Assembly (NCBI GenBank): GCA_965637545.1
Contig: OZ281499.1
Location: 16,182,001-16,246,000, forward strand
Origin: Phallusia mammillata
Taxonomy: Eukaryota
Direction of reading: 5' to 3'
Length of the DNA stretch: 64,000 nucleotides
Part shown: positions 56,653 to 64,000 of the stretch, in pieces
Layout of the letters: the number at the start of each line of letters is the position of its first letter
How positions within the stretch are numbered: position 1 is the stretch's first letter
Translations under genes and position numbers: made by a program
Notes under the pieces: model-generated
Database searches by the model: none
What the model saw: only the letters and a program-made list of their open reading frames with translations
What the model was told of the DNA's origin: nothing

Positions 56653-57652
56653 GATTTTAGACTGAAGGACATATAAGGAAAATGAAACAATTGCGTTGGG
56701 AGCCAAGGTCATATCTTTTGGGTTTTTTGAGTTGTGCTGTGAAACTTTTACGTTGTATGCTTGTTAGTGTCGTGTTTTACGAATACCAACAACAGATATT
56801 GTCACAATATATGCTGTTAAAGAACAATTGTCACTATTTTTTACAGCGTTCATTTGTGTCTGAATGAATTTTTTTTAAAGTACTTCATTGAGAAACAAAA
56901 CGAGCCAAAGTTTGTCTAAAACACTATTAATAGAATGTCGTATGTTTGTCATTCTGAAACCTCAAATGTGTTTTGGAAGTTTTTAGGGCCCCGCACACCC
57001 TAGCTTAAAACCTTTTCGAAATCCGTCTTTCAATGGGACGGTGGACCACACGACTTGAAATAGACTTTTAACGCATCATTTGTTAAGATGTTGTTTTGGA
57101 CAAGTGCGCTATAGCGCTGTTTTAGTGTTTCGTGTTGAGTGATCGGAACTTTATCAAGTACTCTTGCGGGATTTTGAGCCCCTACTAATTGAACTTGAGG
57201 TCTGAAGTAATTTGTTTTGGCAGCGCAGCTGTGCAGCATCTTTACGTCAACACGAAATTTGGTATTTGAATCGAATAGTGCAAGTTAACACAAATTTGCA
57301 TTCTATTTTTGCAAATTGTTAAGGCATGCATATTTGGCACAAAAAACAGACTAGTCGATTTTGCTTCGTCAAAGTTTCAGAACAGTCACCCGCATCCCAC
57401 TAATTTAATCCAAGGTGCCCAGCAAACCACAAATTCAAGACTATTCCCATGACATAGGGTGCCAGCACACAAGCTTGTGTAACAAACACAGGGCAACTGT
57501 TTAACGTACAATCTTTTCTGTGTTTGCAGAGCCGTATATAGTTGTGTATTCTATCCAACCGCCAAGGCTCCACTGTTGACTTAGCAAAGCTAGGAAGTAG
57601 CCAGCTAAAAGCAAACCAAGACCCTTGTGACAAAGTCTTGCGGTGCCCCAAA

Positions 57653-57803
57653 ATGAATACAAGTTATTGGATGTTGGTATTGGTGGTCGCGCTACTGGCA
57701 GCAGACTTCTTTGCTGCAGATATGAGAACGGATGCACGAAGAATGAAACACAAACACTGCAGATTTTGCGGAAGGTGCGGATACACTCGCCTTAGGCGTG
57801 ATG
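57653..57803 (+). CDS. candidate first exon of a small secreted cationic Cys-containing peptide
   Basis: aaaATG start. Reads MNTSYWMLVLVVALLAA (signal-peptide-like), then DFFAADMRTDA-RRMKHKHCRFCGRCGYTRLRRD, ending at a consensus donor G|GTAAGT. GC is higher than the flanks. Downstream exon not identified. Confidence 0.45.
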
Positions 57804-60800
57804 GTAAGTTTGACACTTTCTCATGATTCGGCTTAATAGGTCAACGTTAAGGGTAGTTTTAGTTTTAGTCTTTAGGTCTATCTTGATTGTATCAACTTGC
57901 TTCGACGAAATCTGCAACCTAATGATACATTAAACGCTAATGAATCATTCAACTCATTGCGAAGTGAAAACATATGACTACATCAAACGAGACATTTGGT
58001 CCTGTCATTTTAATTGTTTGCCCAATACAAACAATAAACAATCCGAAACCAAAGAGTTAACTGAAAGAATACAAACTTTTTACTGTAACGCGCAATTTTT
58101 TCACGTATGTGGTTCTAAAACTCAAAAATGACGACATCACCACTATCACACACTTATTACTTCAGATCCATGGTCATAAGATGATGCTATATTATACAGG
58201 TATTAAATTCGTTGTGTGGTTTGAGCGCGAAATGCTGGTTACTTTTAAACCAAAACCTATATTGATCCCACATTATTTAAATTTTGTAACTTTGTGGCCC
58301 ACTACTAAAAACTTGTTGTTTTACAGTGTGAACTTTTTTAACTCCTAAAATGGGGTCTTTTTGCAGTAAAAACACATGTGTTTTTGTTCCAATTTCGGCT
58401 TTGTTTGTTTTTTCTTGTAATTTGAAGAAAGTGAACTTTTGTTGCCAAGTAACGTAACATAATTAGCAGTCATTGGTCACAGTGATGTATCACAGGCTAT
58501 AAATCTCCATATACTGGACAGCTCGTAACTGTAATAAGAATTTAGGCCTCACAAGCTGTACACCTAATTGCATAATTGCCTAAAACGGTGATGTTTAAAC
58601 CACAAAACATTATGATGAAGGGATAATTTCTGACCAAATTTTATCTTGAAGTTCATCAGCAATTCAGCAACAAAAAACTTATCTATTTTTTCGAGCGAGC
58701 GTTCCGCAAATCGTCGTTGACCACAAAAATGCACTTACCTGTTGTTTGTGAAATCATCGCTTGTTACTGAGATCCACGAGAGTCCTGACTACGCTGCAAG
58801 GCCAAAAGCTCTCGCCTGTCAACGCTTTGATTGCAACTAATAATTGCTTTTCAAAGCAGCAGCAGCTGCTTAGCTCTCCAGTGACCAAATATGGTGGCGA
58901 ATCTGACGGAAATTGACAACTACAATGTGAAAAGCCCTCATTTCAACATTGAAAGATTAGCCCGAAACTGGGTTATATTGCGATTTGCAAGAAATATCAT
59001 TACGTCCAAGAAAGACATACACAAGACACGATTTTAAAAGTAGCTCAACAAAGAATAAAATTTAAGTTTTACAAAAAGTTATCATCTTCATAGTTAAATG
59101 TTTACCATGAAGTACCAAATACCTCATCAACGCATATTACTAACAATGTAATAAGCATTTGCCTAAACGTTTATATAATAAAGCATGTTGCTATTTAGGT
59201 ATATTAGGGACGTATTTTTACTCAAAAAAAAAATCAACCCAATACCAAGAAAAATATGATTTATTGGCTTTTCATTTACAATTTACCGATTTCACCCAAT
59301 GAATTTAAGCAATGATGGGACAGAATCTTGTGTTGAACTCCCGTAATTTTATGGTTGAAAGTAAGCATTTGACCCAAGACTTGGTAAGACATTCCCAAAC
59401 AACCACTTTAAACCGCGTTTCTTATTTGTGTATGAGCAACAAATAGCACAACAAACCCAGTGAAACTTAATTTTTAGGACTTCTCACAACTGATACAAAA
59501 ACAACTCCTAACGGTTGTGGGCAAAATATTTGCTTTGAAACCCACATACATTGTGTAGCAGGTTTGGTGGTTGTGCAACCTTACGGTGTATGTTAGTTTA
59601 GCGGTTGCCGCGTGAAAAACTGCAAACCACGACCAAATATTTTCCCGACTCAACAACGTATCCCAACCAACTAACAAGCATTAATCATCACGTCAAAAAA
59701 GGACGTTCAAAGTTTGTCATTCTGGTCTGAATAATATTGATTTGAAACATGTTGTTAAATTACATAACATTTCGTGTGCGTGGAAAACCCAAATTGAAAA
59801 CCCGTTAAATGTTTTTTTTTATTCTACGCAGCTTCAATGCGACTAGATACTGCTTTTTGGCTTAAACGTCCAGCTTTTGTAGCAGTATAATTGTCTTAAA
59901 TATTAACCATCAGCTTCACTTTGTATATTTTGTATACCCATATGTTCGTAATCGCATAAGAAACTATTGGAAATTTTAAGTATGTTACATTACAACATTC
60001 TAGGGTAAAAAATATAGGACTGAAATTGAACGTTTAATGGTTCGGTATAAGTTTGGATCACTAGCCGTTACATTCCAGACCCGAAGCCCTGACGCAGCAA
60101 AGTTTAATCAACAATATATTGCGAAACCAATGTTCTTATCAGCGTCTGTGTAGGTAACAAACAGATGATGTCGAGCGAGGGTTTAGGGGCAATTGCAAGT
60201 TTGCTGATAACGTTTACCTGGTCCAGCTAATTGTTACGTCAACATAACCCGTGCAGGACAGCGTAGTTTCATTAAGTTAAGTCAATGTTGTTGTATAAAA
60301 GCGTTTTGTGCTTGTTATGACCCTTGGACCATTCATTTCATCAAGAAATTAAAGACTGATTAAATTGTTTGTATTTGCAGTATGTGTTGTGCTCGATATG
60401 TTGCGTATAGATTCGCACTCATGTTTTAAGCGGTTGTGATCGCCTGCGTTAAACTAAGCAGACAAATTTACCAGACGTGGCGTTTGCATTCACGTTTCTT
60501 GTGTTCGCCGACGGCGACGTTGAACACAAACAGGCCAAAACCGCAACATTTTTATCAACGAGCTCTTGTTTTATGCTCAAACGGCATGCAGACTGCATAA
60601 GTGCAATTTTGATGGTAATTTTATGCAGTGTATTGATGTTTGGGAAACTAATTACTCTCTTTGCAAACAAACCAATGCACATACCCTGGGTTGCCATCGA
60701 TATGGACCCTTAAATAAGGACAACCGAAAAATATTTTTTTTCTTACGAAACAAAACAAACGTTTCTGAACAAATCTTTGCATTTATATGAGCCATGACAT

Positions 60801-63800
60801 ATCACATGCCATACTTTTGACTGAAACATTCTGTTTCAGCAACTCCTTATTCGTAAAAAATACTTCGTGCATCTCACGACAGCTCAGTTCTAGGTTTACC
60901 ATTACTTGTAGCAGGTATTTGACTTGTAATTGTTCAAAATATGACTAAATAGGACGTTTCTCAGAAATAGAACAATAGTTTTATCTAAGAAATCCCCTTC
61001 AAAATAAGGACAAATTTTAGAAATAAGGACGGTATGGTAAACATGAATATTCCTCAGGATTGAACCGACAATTTATAAATAAATATAACAAAGTTTTGGG
61101 AAAGTCAAAATAAGTAAAAGCTTCGAAACAAAAACGTTCATGTATGTTGTTTTGAAAGTAAGTGTTCAAAAACGATGTCAGTAAGTTTAGGGGCTTTGCA
61201 TTGTAACGTCATACGACTGTTAAGTCACCATATCAAAGCAACAGTTTGTTGTAATGGCCAGTGTAACACGATCGACATATTCTTTCGCGCAAACGAACCA
61301 GATCCGGTTTTGTACACTGTATGCTACGAAGTTGAACGTCGATGAGTATGATAGATTGCATGGGGACAGTTTGGTGTGTACATTAATTAAAGTTACGAGT
61401 CAAACTCAACCAACTTGACTGCAGAGTAAATAAGATAGATAAATGAACAAAACGAAAAGGACTTTTTGACCTGCGACCTATAATGAAACTCACTTTTATT
61501 GCAAATATGTTGCCCATAAATATGTTTTGTCCATAAGGTTTTTCCATAAAGCCATCAGTATAGCCTATCCCACGATGCTCTACGATTGGCGCGTTGCGAT
61601 TGTATTTGGAGAGTTGCGCAATATTTAAACCCACATTTTGGTTGAGAACTTCTAATTGCTACTTTGTATAATGGGAATTTTAGGATTGTGCGGTTTAGTA
61701 ACGGAAATTTGCTCATCTTTGTGCATAATCATGTAATAATATCCGAATCAACTGAATTCTTTTAACCCACACACGCAATAATTTGATTTTAAATGTGGGT
61801 TTCTGCTGTAAGTTTTAATTTGTTTTACCAAAGTTTTGCAATAATCTTAATTTGTTTGTAAAATACCCGCTTGTAACAAGTAATTCTAATAAATTATGGG
61901 ATGGAAATATGTAAATTGACTTAATTTTAAATGATTTTCATTCACTGACTTAATAGAGCGGGAAGCAATGGGTAAAATTTGAAATTTATACGTCTTCGAA
62001 TTCTACGGTCTGTTACGATCGCATAATTTATTTGCTTGGAAAATGACAAAATAGTTTGTTTTATTTATGTTTACGTTTTTATAATGTTTTCAATCAAGCT
62101 GTTTAATATTGGATTTGAACACAAGGGCATTTGTGATTCTTTGCCATTTTCCTTACGATTGCATTTTTGTTTTCCAGTACGAAGTGATTACTTTCTTGTC
62201 AAGCTGTGCCGCCGTTGCAAGCACTTTTGCAGTAAAGGAGGATGGTCTTTCTTTCTCTCCTAACTTCACTAACAGCCTTCTGTCATCACTGCACTTGTTT
62301 TTACCAATTTAAAGTTCCTCTTGAAAAATCTACATATTTGCCCAAGCATTTTGCGCCTAAACCCTGTTTCAAATCACTACAAAAATATTCAAAAGTGTTT
62401 AAGTGTACATTGCTGTGTATATATATTTGACTGTTTGAGCTCGTTATACAAATATCCGCCTATTTCAACTTTGGCCCCTGCATGAACGCTCCTTGTACAT
62501 TCGACAGCCATTTGTGCCACAGTCTTGTACAATAGAAAGTAGTATGCCTGCATAAAACGGCATAGTCTTTAAAATCAAAATTGCTATGTTTATAAACCTA
62601 TTTACGTTTTATTGTAAACAGTAAAAAAAATGTCCCACTTATTTAAAGTTTGACTCAGCGCACTTTGCTTAACTCTCGATATTATTCACCCCAAAGTTAC
62701 AAAATATGAATAAAGCTCGTTTTGAAAAGAAAATGTGTAAATCGATTTCGACTTTTCTTCTGCCGTTTTACCAAATCGTTTCTTGTCAATAAAATATTTG
62801 CTTTAGTCGTCTGTGAAAAGAATAACTGTCAAGAAAAAGTTCGACAATATAGTTACATATTTAAAATCTAGCACATGACAAAAATATACCCACAAAAATA
62901 TGCAGGTATTTACCAAACGCAATGATGGTTGAACAAGCTGACTTGCTTGTCCAAACTTGGCAAGTTAGAGGTTAGGAATTAGCGTGGAAGGCGTCAGGCT
63001 TATTGTGCCATCAGCCTGTGAACTCAGTTGAAAGGTTGTGGTAGTTTTGACATTCCTCAACCTTTGCCGGTTGTAGAAGACGGTAAATTGTGTTTTGGTA
63101 GATTGACGTCATCAGCGACCAGCGCCTTGTTAAAGGTCAAGCTAGTTCAGTGGTTCTTAACCTTTTTATAACGGCCGAACCCCTACGATATTCTTCAGCC
63201 TTCGGTCGAACCCCAAAGTTACATACCAGGTTTTTAACCCATTTTGTTTGGTTGGTCATAATTAGTTTTTGTTCACACATAGTGGCAACAGTTACTGTTT
63301 GTAATTTTGTTAAATTCTGACATCATAACTTGGCAACTTTTTTCATGATTGCTTTAATTCCGGTAGTTTTTAGTTTTTACCAAAATTAAGCATTTTAGCA
63401 TCTGTGCACAAACATGAAAAAGATGAAGTAATAAGTTTTTGCTGCCAAAAAAATTTCGTTGTGTTTCTCCTTCGAACAATGCTCTTTGTTACGTCAAAAA
63501 AAGAAAATGAAACCTTAGTGCAGGGGTGCAGAACCATTTTGCTGGGACGGCCGCATCGGCAGATTCTTATTTCACCAACGGCCGCCATTTACCTGCTTGT
63601 TTTTGTTTTAAAATACGTGGTTTATATCATTTATTTACCATCTAATAGCGCCCAAAAAGCCCAGAATAATTTCTAGCTCGGTGCATAGATTGAGCTGCAC
63701 AGTGTGAAGATCAATCTTAAGTATTTACGATGTCATAATCTATATTGTGATGCTTGTGGTACCTGTTTTGTTCGCATTGTTGGCACACAATAGGCGTACA

Positions 63801-64000
63801 AAAAGTCATGGCTGGTAATACATGGCTGGTAATACTCTTTTTAGTACCACAAAAATATTTAGAGCAGTTTAAAACACTCCTGCCTAAGTTTAATATTCCA
63901 CTGTTTTGATATTGAGCGAATACAAATTGCCGTTTTAAGCGACTATAGACCCTAAAGTTTGACAAAAACGAGTATTTGTATTGTACTTCAAAAAGACCTT

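Noticed and set aside
1-64000. CRISPR arrays, rRNA and complete tRNA genes
   Set aside because: None seen. The GAGTC arrays have no unique spacers, and the tRNA-like B-boxes belong to SINE-like repeats or the LTR primer site.

Overview
AT-rich, compact, intron-containing animal genomic DNA. An invertebrate chordate such as a tunicate is likely, but this is inferred from short introns, hAT-MITE content and gene style, not demonstrated. Gene order, left to right: an 11-exon CaRF-like transcription factor (-) with an internal exon-pair duplication; possible decayed coding fragments; intronless KPTN (+); 8-exon SETD4 (-); SDHC with an intronless CDS (-); and a 30-kb, 38-exon complement C3/C4/C5-family gene (+, 19910-49875). 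I assembled that gene by hand into an uninterrupted 1898-aa ORF with all GT-AG junctions in phase. It has a signal peptide, MG domains, a beta/alpha site (RRRKR), an anaphylatoxin domain, TED, CUB, MG8, anchor and C345C. The thioester motif GCGEQ is replaced by ATIAP, the catalytic His is absent, the C-terminus is C5-like (CxxC...C), and four extra furin-type sites fall in and around the TED. Its intron 34 holds a sense-strand type I hammerhead ribozyme, a full-length Ty3/Gypsy element with identical LTRs, and a hAT MITE. At least eight hAT-type MITEs have perfect 8-bp TSDs. The last 14 kb is mostly non-coding, with a candidate secreted cationic Cys-peptide exon. All gene models come from manual translation; no database search was run.
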